In this document: in pieces, positions 10,904 through 23,241 of the stretch
Layout of the letters: the number at the start of each line of letters is the position of its first letter
Numbering within the stretch: the stretch's first letter is position 1
Origin: Oikopleura dioica
Taxonomy: Eukaryota; Animalia; Chordata
Assembly (NCBI GenBank): GCA_907165135.1
Contig: OU015569.1
Coordinates: 3,968,001 to 4,032,000, forward strand
Reading direction: 5' to 3'
DNA: 64,000 nucleotides
Position numbers and translations under genes: made by a program
Notes under the pieces: generated by a model
Seen by the model: only the letters and a program-made list of their open reading frames with translations
Databases searched by the model: none
Told to the model about the DNA's origin: nothing

Positions 10904-13437
10904 ATGAGTTCAAGCAATTTATATGGCATGTTTAGAATGGTGTGTACTCGTGCTAGACATCGAAAGGAAGCCCAACAAAACATCAACCAGGTGAAACGTT
11001 TCCTTGGAGAGGAACCTCAGGAGGAGTTGGACGAAAGGGACGAAGATTCGCATAGCCGTGCAGATTCTCCAAGCCCGGAAAGAGACTCTAAAGATCCAGA
11101 TTGGAATCCATATGGTGGCATAACTAAGCGCCGACCTGAACGAAAACGAAAGCCTGCAGCTAAAAAGTCTCCAGCGAAAAAGTCGAAGAAACCTCGTAAA
11201 ACCGAGAATACCGATGAATACAAGGCACCCTCCAAACGACGGAAGAAGACTTTTCCGCCTCAGGACAATGAAGATGTCGAGTCTACGCACACAACAAGGG
11301 CCACCTCGAAGAGCATGAAACTTTCGGACATTCCTTTATCGAACGAGACAATCCAGCCCCCAGCTCAAGAACCGTCAGCTCTTGATCGAAAATTCAAGGC
11401 TAAATCCTCCATTTCATTTGCAGACGCGATCAATACCACGGAGAAAACCCCCTCTGTTTTGGAATCCTCAGCAAAAGAAAGGAAAGCTAAGAAAAAGCAA
11501 AAGAAGACGAAATCTAGCCGCGCCCGAGAAAAAGCTGAAGCCGATAAAAAACAGTTGAGCAAGAAGAAAAAGGTAGCAACTTGTACCAAATATTCATAAA
11601 ATATTAACAAATGTGTTTTCAGCGCGGTGTCGAGTTCCAAAAAACAAAAATTGTGTGCCACTATTGCTCAGAATCTCTCTACGAGCACGAGGATGAACGC
11701 AGGAATGCTGAGCACCCTGAAGATGTTACTGTATTGGTAGAAACTCATCTGGCTAATAGACACAACCCTTTTCCGAGAAGCTTCGGTAGAAAGGCAATCT
11801 TTACTTGCTCGTCTTGCAAAGAAAAGTTCGAAACCGCAGATGAAGCAGCTACTCACAATCTCTACCATCGCAAAACAAGTCTCCTTGAGCTGAAGACGAA
11901 ATACAACCTCTGCGAGTCAGACCTGGACAACTACCCAAAGCTTTTCACGCCCGAAGACTATCTCTACCGATTGACCGGAGAGGGCGACGAGATGGCCGAA
12001 GGCGTTCTTCATAAAATAGAGGTAAGATGAATTACCATAAGAATTTTTTGGCCGAAAAAAATTTTTTTGAGATAAGAACATATTCTGAAAGCCCAAGTCG
12101 AAATTAGTCGATTCCCAAATTTCTAGGGCTCAATGACGTCATTATGACGTCATTTATGATGAATAAATGTCCGAAAAGGCTCCAAATTCATGAAACTTTG
12201 GAACGCTTTTTGAGGCGGTTTTTGCTGGAAATAGATTTTTCTATTGATGGCATATTGTTCGCTATCAAAAACTACGTAGGGACCCGAGGTTTATTTTTCG
12301 AACCGACCGGTTTCAAAAATTGAACCGGTCGGTAACGGTTGATATTCAATGGTTTGATCCCGGGTCCCTACGTAGTTTTTCATGGAAAATCCGAATCCGT
12401 CTAGAAAAATAAAATTAAAAAACGTTTTCGGCTCGAAAAAGCGTTCCAAAGACAAAATTTTCAAATCAGCCTGATGACGTCATAATGACGTCATCTGACC
12501 CTAGAATTTGGTGATTCTGTATAACTTTTTACGGGCTTTCAGAATATACCAATATCTCAAAAAAATTTTTTTTGCCCGAAAAATTCTTATGGTAATTCAT
12601 CGTAAGATATTTTTTCGATGGAACACTGCTAGCTTTCTTTTCTAGCGCTTTTTGATTCCGAACAACTCCAAGCGGAGCACTCCTAAATGGCCGGAATACA
12701 AAGTCTTCGATGGGATCCGCTATTATGAGAAGAGCGTCTTGGATTCCGCCTTTTTCTTGAGGGCCGACTTTGACCCAGCCCTCCTCTCTATCCAGACACA
12801 TGAAGAGACAAACGAGGATGGAGTAACTGAGGTCTACTACAATCAAGGGGACTTTCAACTGTACGTCCAGGACTTTATCTATCCTCCGGCGCAGATCATT
12901 CTCACTTTCGACGACGAATCGTTAGAGGCAACTATGGACAGCAAACGATGGGTAAGATTTCTAAAACTTTTTTAATCTTTATCCTCTTATTAGATAGAAA
13001 GCTGCAAGACAGAAGTCGAAGACGAAGATTACGATGTGCCAAACGCGATGTCCGGAGTGATCTTCGATACCGATACGGACACGGATGATGATGATGACGA
13101 TGAAATCCCGCTTCATCTTCATCCTGAAATTGCGCTTTCAGTTGCTGGCCCATCTACTTCGTTTGAAAACGCCCATGACGTCTCCATGAGTAGCAATGAC
13201 ACGATGGAGTCAACCGACATTATGAGAGACCTCGAAGAAATTGAACAAGAGGAGAAAACGGGCACAGCTTATCTTTCGGAAGAAGAGCAAGACGAAGTGG
13301 TCTCCGACGGAGATTCCGACGATGTGATCTTCAATGGATCATATATGCAGGACTTCGGCTTCGATCTCAACCCACAGAACAACAATATCCAGCCTTTGAA
13401 ATACCGACCCGACCGACGAAAGCGAACCAAGCAGTAA
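10904..13437 (+). CDS. Unknown nuclear protein: basic Lys-rich N-terminus, C2H2-like zinc fingers, acidic C-terminus
   Basis: Exons about 10904-11571, 11622-12021, 12645-12951 and 12993-13437 join in frame through GT-AG introns. Motifs CHYC...HLANRH and CSSC...HNLYH. Start could be 10904 or 10937. Confidence 0.7.
12026..12601. mobile_element. 576-bp foldback / long-TIR non-autonomous transposon inside an intron
   Basis: Left GATGAATTACCATAAGAATTTTT...TATTCTGAAAGCCC mirrors the right end. Perfect inner 20-bp inverted repeat AAAAACTACGTAGGGACCCG; central hairpin ACCGACCGGTT..AACCGGTCGGT. GTAA is duplicated at 12022-12025 and 12602-12605. Confidence 0.92.
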
Positions 13438-14169
13438 TCTGATGCAATTCATATATATATATTTATCTCTATACTGATCGACCCTTTTTTCGCATATCTT
13501 CTCTTATACAGTAGCCCATGATATTATCTCACCTAATTGAAAAAAGTTCAAATCAACCTCTTCCGCAACAGTTCTTCATAGACCAAATCTAGTGTTTCCT
13601 CTAAATCTTCAATTGCGGCTTTCTTCTAAATTAATATAGTACATATTTATTGGAGTTCTTCTGATGCTACAAATCATGGAAAACTGTCAAGGCATAACTC
13701 TCATATTCAATCAGTTTATTTTCTCCTGCTGTCGCTATCTTCCCAATTTTTGAACCGTTTGCACTCTTTTATTTTTGCCCCGTTTTTTTTCTCTCCATTT
13801 ATCTTGCCAGCCTGAGCCAAAGGCTTCCGTTATTATTTTCACTTATATTCACTGCCCTTGAAACGTGAATAATTGCAAAACCATTGTTGATCATCATGAT
13901 TTTAGAGGGCCAAATCGAGTTGTTACTACTTGAATAAGAACCAAGTAAAGGAAGAAGCTATATTTTTATTGTTCGCTTATATTGCTGCTGTATATAAATA
14001 AAGAAAAAATCAATAGTTTTTTTTGCGAAATACTTAATTTTGTAAGGCTTTAATTGAATGCAGGCAGTAACAAATTAAGGCTTGAAAGCGCCGAATTGGT
14101 AAACATTACTTTGAACTGGTGCCAGACCGGACAGGACCATCGGTACTCGATGCAAAAGCATGATAGAGT

Positions 14170-14436
14170 TCACAGAGTCGTCTTAATATAAGTTACCTTT
14201 CGCATTAAAGTTCCGATCAAGAGTCTACAGTTACTAAACTTACTAATTGATCTCTTTGGCTGATTTTTTGTCATTTTTTCAAGGACAAATATAGCTAGTT
14301 CTTTGAGCGCGTATCCGATTATGAGCAGCCCAACGAAAGTGTAAAGAAAAAGAACAATCTCTACGAAAGTGTGTATCGAGCTTGAGCTGTCCTCTGTCAT
14401 CATTTCATTTGAAATCAGAGTTCTGAGAGCTGTCAA
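14170..14436 (-). CDS. Possible exon of a small single-pass membrane protein
   Basis: Hydrophobic stretch IHTFVEIVLFLYTFVGLLIIGYALKELAIFVL and a donor AAG|GTAAC near 14196. Other exons not resolved. Confidence 0.3.
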   Translation of the reverse strand: MTALRTLISNEMMTEDSSSSIHTFVEIVLFLYTFVGLLIIGYALKELAIFVLEKMTKNQPKRSISKFSNCRLLIGTLMRKVTYIKTTL

Positions 14437-15014
14437 TACTCATGCAACACTAAATGAATCCAACCCCTAGGGGATCTGGCACTCGTATATTTCCACTTGC
14501 TCGTTGGAATCATTCTTCTGAATCAACTTTTCAGTCGATTTTCAATTCTTTGCCTTGCTAGATATGTGATCTTCTGGATTGAGTAGTTTAGGTTTATTTT
14601 CAGGTCGCAGATGTATGTAAAGAGTAAACACTACTGGGTACGTACCTTTCATCTTGACCTTTCTCGTTTCTTCTACCTTAACAGCTTTTAATAGGCATAT
14701 TTTATTGACCTGTCGATTTTATAAGACTTTAATAACTGATAGTTAGTACGTTAGCTGTATTACTTGTTCAGTAATCAAAGGCAGCTCTCAAGTCAAAATC
14801 ATTTGAGATATGATTTATTTTCGTAACATTGTTACGGCGTAAGAGACCGTACTAAATGCAAAGATGTTTATTTGATTGTCGGATTCCATGAAATTTATAT
14901 TTGACTTTATGACGAAAGTTTTCGGCATCGGAAAGGCTGAGTTGATCATAATATGTTTTTGAGAGAATTTCACGTGAAGCCTAAAAATACGCTGATTCTT
15001 CACTTTAATGGTAA

Positions 15015-15824
15015 TTAAGCATTTGGAAGTGTCGATAATTGATCTGCCGTATTCCCAGCGCATCGGACGACGACGCTTCGAAGTTCATGATGGCGGGGAG
15101 ACGATGTTTTCGAAAGTCTTAATTCGCCCGGCTGGACGCTTCTTTGTCGGACAGCACAGAAGAAGGGATGGTGATTTCGGACTATCGGGTTGAGCGTAGT
15201 AGTTGGCGCGTTCGTGTGGCGCCCTGCGGCGAAAATGAACGACGATTGGAACGTTGGACTTGCCAAGGCAGATATTGTGGCCCTTGTCCACTCTGCTGAA
15301 TTTCGGGATTTTGATTTTCTCGTTGTCCGCTTTGAACTGTGGCTAACAACTTCCGCTGACGAACGAGCGCTGCGCGAAAAAAGAAAGAGAAATAAAGAGC
15401 GATTGAGAGAGACTGGCGGGAGAGCGCCTACTCGTATAAGGGCTATTGAAAGCAATAGGAGCCTCCTGGCTCGTTTATTCACAATCTCCAAATTTGTAAA
15501 ACATTGACCTTGCTGGGCATACACGCAGACGAGATCCGACCGCAAAGCACCGAGCCACAACAAGAGATACCCGCAGCAAAATAAAATGAAAGAAGTATAA
15601 AAGAAGAAAGAACGGAGAAGCGACAAAAGATGAATGCCAATTACGAAGAAGGTAAATAACATTTTACGGGCAGCTCTAATTCGACTCGCTAAAATAATGA
15701 TGACGGAGGGATAAACTCGCCAAATGTTTTCTGCGCGCTCAGCAGAAATCCGCCTGAGCCCCTTTTGGAAACTTTGTTGAAAATAAACTGACTCGGCAAG
15801 TTCACATCCACCCAGAAGGACCAC
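15015..15824 (-). CDS. Possible multi-pass membrane protein, unknown family
   Basis: Long minus-strand frame with hydrophobic segments (LFTFFVIGIHLLSLL; FYTSFILFCCGYLLLWLGAL) and a donor CAA G|GTCAAT near 15507. Exon structure and the C-terminal frame are ambiguous. Confidence 0.35.
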   Translation of the reverse strand: MVLLGGCELAESVYFQQSFQKGLRRISAERAENIWRVYPSVIIILASRIRAARKMLFTFFVIGIHLLSLLRSFFFYTSFILFCCGYLLLWLGALRSDLVCVYAQQGQCFTNLEIVNKRARRLLLLSIALIRVGALPPVSLNRSLFLFLFSRSARSSAEVVSHSSKRTTRKSKSRNSAEWTRATISALASPTFQSSFIFAAGRHTNAPTTTLNPIVRNHHPFFCAVRQRSVQPGELRLSKTSSPRHHELRSVVVRCAGNTADQLSTLPNA

Positions 15825-16280
15825 GTTTGCTCGAGTCAGTTTAAGTATCCATTCGGCGTAATTTTACTTAGGACACTTTTGTTATATTTATGGACTTTTC
15901 GCTGGGAATTTTGGCCCATATAATGAATAATTTCATCTTAGTAAATTTTTTTTGAAAAGAGGATGCTAAAAATGAAGAAAATTTCTTTTCATAAAATCAA
16001 TCCTTTCAAACCGGAAATAGTTACTCACAATTTGACCCGTCTTTTGATTTTAAAAGCGATGCGACTTGCTGGATCTTCTTTGTATAAAATTTTCTTGAGA
16101 ATAGAGCCTGTATCGATTTGATATAAAAGTGGCGTTTTTGTCAAGATCAGTCAATCTTCACAAGTGGTGTAAATGTCTCGGAAAGTGTATGGGAAGGTGG
16201 TCGCGAGCCGTTCATCAATCGGTTAAAATGGGATTAGAGAAGGGCTCAGCCCAGCATGACCTCGCTCGGACCTGATCAAT

Positions 16281-19125
16281 CAAACTCCCCCAGCTGCCAA
16301 TTATTTTTATTCATCGTGGCCGTTATTATTCGCCATCCTTATTTTCGTAGCGACATTGACAAGGGATCTGTTTTCCTCCATTGAAAATTCAAGGCTCTTT
16401 TTAGAAGTTAACGATGAGAACGTCTTCACCCCTTTCGACTTTGCTTCTCAGGCGTGGAATGTAGACGACGGGAGTATTTATGTTGCTGACTCCTCCACGA
16501 TCCGAGTGAAGAACGGGGCAGAGGAAAGAACGGTGCCTCTGAAATCGTTGGAAGCGGACGTGCGCAGCTGTAAGCGAGGAGGCAACTCGGACGAGTCTTG
16601 TGACAACACGATCACCAATGTCCAGGTGTGTCCGGACAAGGAAGCGCAGATCGTTGCGTGTGGGACGAACGCTCTTCAGCCGGAAGTCTTCTTCCTAGAG
16701 AATGCAACGGAGACAAAGAGGCACACGCAGCAACTTTGCCCAAAGTCGGCGAAAATCGACGCCCTAGTTAAGGTATGTATAAAACGAATTCCTTGGGAAT
16801 GAAAAATTGTGCACCTGCTAACGATTTTCAAAGGTAACGTCCTGTGGCGATGAACCGGCAAAAATCCAGGGTGTGGCGGTGCACACCGAGCGCGACTCCA
16901 CCAAAATAATAACAAGCAGCCATATATTTGACTTGAAGCTCTCTTCTCCAAAATTTGTACATATTTCGTCTAGCGATGCAACTGGTGCCAATTATCTTTA
17001 CTTTTTTACCGAGACGAGCTCCGCTGGTGACTTGGCCTCTTTTGTTGGTTTTACATGTAATGGTGGTGGTGCGTCGAATCTTATCAAAATCCCGCTAAAA
17101 TGCAGTAGAGAAGATTTTGTCTTTGCGAAGATGAAGCAGGTGGTCGAGACCGATAGCATGTTTCATGTCCTCTTCGAGACGCCTTTCAATCTTTACAAGA
17201 AGACAACTATCTGCTCCTACAGTTTTCAAAACGACTTTCTTCCAGGTATAAATAAGGATTTTTTTGATAATTCAATTCAACGTTTTGAAACAAACTTTAC
17301 ATCGAAAATTATCAAGAAACTCTCACGTACACAGTGGATATATTTACCACACCAAAATTTTCAGCATAAGAAACCGAGCTCGCATCGGATTATATTTAGA
17401 AACGCTAATGAAATCGGTATGGTAGATATTTCAGAAATAAAATGAAATTCGGCGCAATAAAAATCAGTCATTCATGAAAGAGTCTAATTTTAACTCAAGA
17501 AAGAATCGAATCTGATCCGTTGAACTGCAGCCAACTCATAACTTGCTTTTATTGTTCAAATTCAAACATAACATATTTTATAAAGTTATAAAAAACGCGC
17601 GCTGCGACTCTTCCCATAACTCTGATGCCAAAATTGCCCAAACGCCTATTCTCGAGGATCGTGGAAGCGAAAGCGAATCTGGTCCATACACGTCTATTTC
17701 AACCATCTGGGATAATGTTCTACTTTTGGGCACGCAAAAGGGCGAAATCATTACTGCTACGCGCGATTCTAGCGGCGCTTTTAATATTTCTTCATCAAGG
17801 TAAGAAGCAGTGGATCCTGAAGAATCGCAAAGTGTCTATGCAATTGTAACACTTTGCCATATTGTTTACTCAACATTTTTAGGAAGCTGACACATGACAA
17901 GTGCGCTGGGGCTGTTCTCGATCTAAAATCCACCATTGTAGATGATGTGGCCACGGTGTTCGCGGCCTTTGAGACTTGTATTGCATCTGTCCCGATAAGT
18001 GACTGTTCTTCTCTTTCGACGAGCTGCTGCAAGAGGTTTATATTCGTCTTCACTTATTGTTTTTATTCAAAACACTAGGACACCTTTTTGCGAAATTATC
18101 GATGATGATTGCACTCAAACTCTGACTGACTCTCCCATTTCTTTATCTGACGGAAGCTGTCTCGCAAAAGAACGTGAGTTATAAATAAAGTCCCTTTCAT
18201 TCTAACAAATCATCCTTCTAGCAAACTCAACAGTGATTGAGACTGAGCCAATCATTCCCAAGACAACAATGGGGCCTGTGATTTTTAAACCAATCTCAGG
18301 CATCATTACAGAAGCACAAAGTAAATTTCACTTACACATTTACAAAATGGGTGCTTGATTTGATTTTTGTTTTCATTTAGCATCAATTTGTTTTAAAAAT
18401 ATACCAGACTGTTTCTGTAAAAGCTAAGTATTTATTCATTGATGTTAAATGAGCGCAACAAAATCATCATATCATTTAATAGAGTAAAATCCTAAACTTT
18501 AAGGAAGGTGCCTTCTCACTGATTAGCTATTTCGAAGCATAATAGATTTAGGCCTATCATGCTTGCAATAATGCTTTTTGATTTTCACTGGTGTTAGCCC
18601 TTTTCTGATATCAATTGTTTGACTGTGTTTAGTCCGAGCTCAAGATGGGTGCATTTGTCCCCAAAATGCGACTGTTCCCGTGGCAATCGTTGGCCTGATC
18701 GTAGCCTTTGTCGCTTTCGTTGGTGGATACTTCTGGGGGAAGTGGTAAATGCTCCGTTTTGACAATTTTTAACTTCAAATTCTAGTTCCTTCAAACCACA
18801 AGATGAGCTTCACGAATATATGGACGATTCTGAGTGGGGAATTACAAACACACTTTCGGCTTCCTCAAGTTCAACAGCTAAAACAGTACGGTTAACGATA
18901 AGACTACTTTGCTAACTTTCTATATAGCGCACGCGTATAAAAACATCACCTTCGAAGCAATCAGCAACACTTCGATCGAATAGAAGCGACGAGGGCGCGG
19001 AGACGGTTTCCGGCGCTCGGACGATTCCAGTGATGGGGGTCAGCTCTATCGGTTCCAACCGCGACCCAACGCTAAGCCCACGACGATCAGCTGACGGCAG
19101 TATCACCCACGAGTCCAGAGCGTAA
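16281..19125 (+). CDS. Divergent transmembrane semaphorin-like protein (Sema, PSI-like, TM, cytoplasmic tail)
   Basis: Hydrophobic leader WPLLFAILIFVATL; Sema hallmarks CKRGGNSDESCDNTI, IVACGTNALQP and VLLLGTQKGEI; Cys-rich PSI-like segment; TM VPVAIVGLIVAFVAFVGGYFW near 18675-18740. The start codon and the frame of the last exon are uncertain. Confidence 0.75.
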
Positions 19126-19583
19126 CATCGGCGACTTCGGAATCATAATTTATGCATACCTAGAACATGTTATGTGCGACCCTTTTTTTACTAACCTGAC
19201 TACCTCAACCAACTCCCGAGCCGAATCATACGCAAAATAAATCCCGAAAGTTCAATAGTTCAAAACCACATCGAATTTTACGATCTGAGAGAGAATACTG
19301 TATTCTCCTCTATGTTTCCACCTGGATTAAATGCAAGCATACGGCAGTTTTGGTTTCATGCATGCAGTAAATGTGGAGCCATTCCATCACTATCATAATG
19401 CGTGCAACCATGTTAAAATTTACTCATGAAGTTACGCAGGTGAAGTCAAAACTGATAGAAGACTCTGTACTGTCTAGCGGCGACGGATCTGGCATTTGCA
19501 CTTTTGTTGAACTTTGCAAGGTCCCCATAAAATGCAAGGAAGTACCAAACTGTGCTAGTCCCTTTAGTTCAAAAAAAGCAGAA

Positions 19584-22500
19584 ATGAGAGCTGCGGTACT
19601 TTTTTCCGCATTCTCTCTTATAGAGGCAGACTCTTGCGTAGCATGTAGTTCTAGAAGAATGAATTTCACTGAATGGGATGCCTTGAAATCTACAGATTGC
19701 TGGGATGATGAGGCAAGTTAATTAAGATAGATCTAGATTGGCGCAGAATTCGTTTTTTATATAGTTGATTTGCATTATATCTCTTTACTTGTATCCATTT
19801 AATATAAGAGATTATAGAAAGCACTACAAAATTCACTTGACGGTAAACCAAACTCAGTGGAACCATGCAGGAAATCAGAAATATCAGACCACCGACGCTG
19901 TGCTACTGAAATCAGAAACTGGTGGACTCCTGAAGGCAATCAGAGGGTGAGCGTCATCAGAGGATGCAAACGAATTCCCGCGGATTTAGACGATGTTGAC
20001 CAAGACGGTTGTGTTAATGAAATCGATACTACTGGAGCTCATATCAGAACTTGTTATGCACTTGGTAGACAGCCAGATGACGGAGAGGAATTAAGAGAGG
20101 TTCCAATCCAGAATGTTTTGGACTTGCTTGAAGAAGAAAACTTGAAGAACGTTAAGTGCCATGTTTGCGAAGGATACACAGCCTCTGAAGATGGATCCTA
20201 CGAAGAGTGCAGAGATGACACTGATCAAGAAGAGGGAGAATGCCCGGAGTGGGCAAGCATGGGATGTTTCCGTGTTAACAACCAAGCGCTTCATGAAATC
20301 AATGGAAATGAAAAGCGATCTGTATTGCGCGGTTGTTCCGCTTTCTCTCTCGATCAAACAAACTGCAACGAGTACGTCGAGGGTATTTTCGAATTGGGAG
20401 AGTCGTGCAAGGACACTTGCCCAGGAAACGAAGGACAAGAATTTTGCAATGTAGGTGAAGTACAGCCCCTGAATAAGTGTTACGTCTGTGATTACGAGTG
20501 GGACTCACTTGGAACAGTGAGAAATGGCGATGTTAGATGTAGATACCCTGCTACTGCTGGTGCTTTCGAACTTCAAGAGTGCCCCGACTCTGCTCCAAGC
20601 TGTGCTACTGAAATGAAAGTTCTTTGGAATCGCGATGGCAATCAAATCAATACTATTTCACGATTCTGCACCGGCGATAAAGCACCGGAAGATGAGACTC
20701 CTGAGAATAACTGCCAATCGTCAAAAGATCTTGTCAGTCAGGAATCCACGAAATCCTGTAAAACCACCTGCTATGAGCTTGGATGCAACGACAAAAATGA
20801 CATCTATAAACTCTTCTCAGTGAGAAACGATACGATCAGTTGTAACTCGTGTTACTACGATGAAAACAGGCCAGAGAGCAACAATCAAGACTGTGCGTCG
20901 GAAAATGGAGGTGAGCAAACAGAGTGTGAGCCGTTTGAAGATAGTGGCTGCTTTTCTGCTGGAAACTGGTTAACCAAGGTGAAATATTGACACTAGAGCA
21001 AATTTTATGGTGAACTTTTAAGGAAAACACTGATGGAGCGATAGGAGAATTCTTCCGCGGTTGCAGCTCATTCAACTTTAATGAGGCCGTCAAGGGATGC
21101 CATGAAGAAGTTATCGTAACCGGAAGCGGAAGTCGACAACTGAACACTTACTGCCGTGATCACTGCGAAACTGGAGATTGCAACACTGAGCCAATCGAGA
21201 ATCCTGGAATTCTCGGCGGTATCAAATGTACAACATGCAGTGCAGCCATGAACAACAGAGGGGAAATGATCAGTGGCTCTGAGAAATGTTTTTCATCAAA
21301 GGCTGAAGATATCGAGCAATTTTCGCTTAATTGTGACGCTCCAGAAGGCATGGTGGCTTTCTGTGGAAATGAAATGGACGGTGATTGGTTTTACACAGGG
21401 CAACAGATATTCCTTGTCGGCCGTGGCTGTCGATACTTTCCAGAAGGGTCGAACGGATATGGTCGATGTGAAGAATATAACGCAAATGGATATGAGATTA
21501 GACAGTGTTCGGAAGCGAAACGAGGTTCAACTGAAAACGTAGCAAACGCTGATTTGAGCTTTTTGCTAAGCAACTTCGAATCAGGAGAAGAGCTTTCTTG
21601 CTATCACTGTGCAGAAAACCTGGGTAGTGACAACCCCGAACTCTGTGAAAACGGTGGAGAGGTTAACACAAAATGTCCTTCTTGGGCCTCAACGAGTTGT
21701 TCCGACAGTAGAATCACCGGATTTTCCGCTGAAACTGGCGCTGGCTACCACAAAGGTTGCTCAACTTTTGATAAGTTTGATGAGCCCGTCTGTGATATCG
21801 CAAATACTGACTATGAAATTTGCAGAAAAACTTGCAAAGGAAATAACTGTAACTCGAAGCCGATTCCTCCTCCACCCCAGTGCCATGTATGCACCTACGA
21901 ATTCGATGACTTTGGACATTCTATTGGCAATCCAAACTGTTTCAATGAGACCACTTTGACTTCGGATACTATTCAAACTTGCGCTGAAGGTTCAGACAAT
22001 TTTATGCTTTCTTGCAAAACTTTTTTTAGGTGAAACCGTCTGCGTTACGGAACTGCAGTCCGAATGGCGATTCGGAGGGGAGCAGAGACATATCATCCGA
22101 CGATATTGCGCCAAAGAAAGTGCTCTAGGCGAGCCTTACTGTCTTGAGCACAATGGTGGTGAGGAGTCTTACAAGGATTGCTACTCAACGTGCAGTAACG
22201 ACGTTGAAAATGCTGGTAGTATCGCTTGCAACAACAATAACGATGACGTCTACTCTCTCTTCAAGCCACAAGGCAATGACCCAATTGTTACAAGCTGCAA
22301 GGTATTCAGATAAAGTATCAACCTCATCAAATATTTCAATAAAGTCCTGCTTCTACTCTGAAATCCCGAACGGTGAAGATGGAGTAATTCGATGCAAAAA
22401 TCAACCTGGTATGTTTCGGCTAAATAATGCATCTTTTTAATTTTTATTTCGAAGGCGATCAGGACAAAGTCAATTGTCTCCCATTCCAACAAGCTGGCTG

Positions 22501-22926
22501 CTACGTTTCAAACTCCTGGAGAAACACTGACGGGCAAGAGTACCAGGAAGTTTACAGGTGATTAATACCATTTTCGCGATTGAAGCATTCTAAAATTTTT
22601 TCAGGGGGTGCTCCGCTTTCCCAGAAAGTCTAGTCGATAAGGGATGTTACGAGAGTAGTGGACCAAACGGTGCTATCGAAGTTTGCAAATCCTGGTGTGG
22701 GAAGAATCAATGCAATGTAGATCAAGCCGATGAGCTCACCTCGACCACAACTACCCCTACCACAACAACGACGACAACTCCTACTACAACAACTCCTTCT
22801 ACCACGGCCTCTACTTCTACACCTGTTGAAACGACAACCACGACCACAACCCCAGACGAAACTACGAGTGCTGCAGTTACAAACTTTCTTGCCTCATTGC
22901 TTCTCGCTACTTTATGTTTTCTTTAG
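19584..22926 (+). CDS. Secreted/GPI-type protein with eight tandem Ly6/uPAR (three-finger)-like Cys domains and a Thr-rich stalk
   Basis: Signal peptide MRAAVLFSAFSLIEA; first intron GC-AG (19713-19817). Repeated CxxC...RGC...CN units; TTTTP-rich stalk at 22740-22865; hydrophobic C-terminus VTNFLASLLLATLCFL* typical of a GPI signal. Confidence 0.85.
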
Positions 22927-23241
22927 ACCTGATTTATTTGAACAAAACCATTGTCGTTTATTTTAATTAAAATCGAGCGTTGTTTATTATTCTTCAAAAT
23001 GGGAACATTTTTGGTTTTTGTAGTTAAAATCAACAAAAGGAAGGAAAAGATGTTGAATAGGAGAATCCGATGTGATGTAACCGTCAGAATTTGAAGATGA
23101 TAAGATATATGGTGTGAATAAATCGATACACTGTTGGATTTCAGTGACGTTCACCCCCCATCGCGCTCGACAAAAAGGATCATTTGGAGAACATTATGGT
23201 TTCTGTTGTAAAAGGTGGCCTAGCGCCTTTGTCTCTGTAAG

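Noticed and set aside
19371-19583. 5' part of track ORF 19371-19721 as coding
   Set aside because: The signal peptide begins at ATG 19584; the upstream frame appears to be open by chance.
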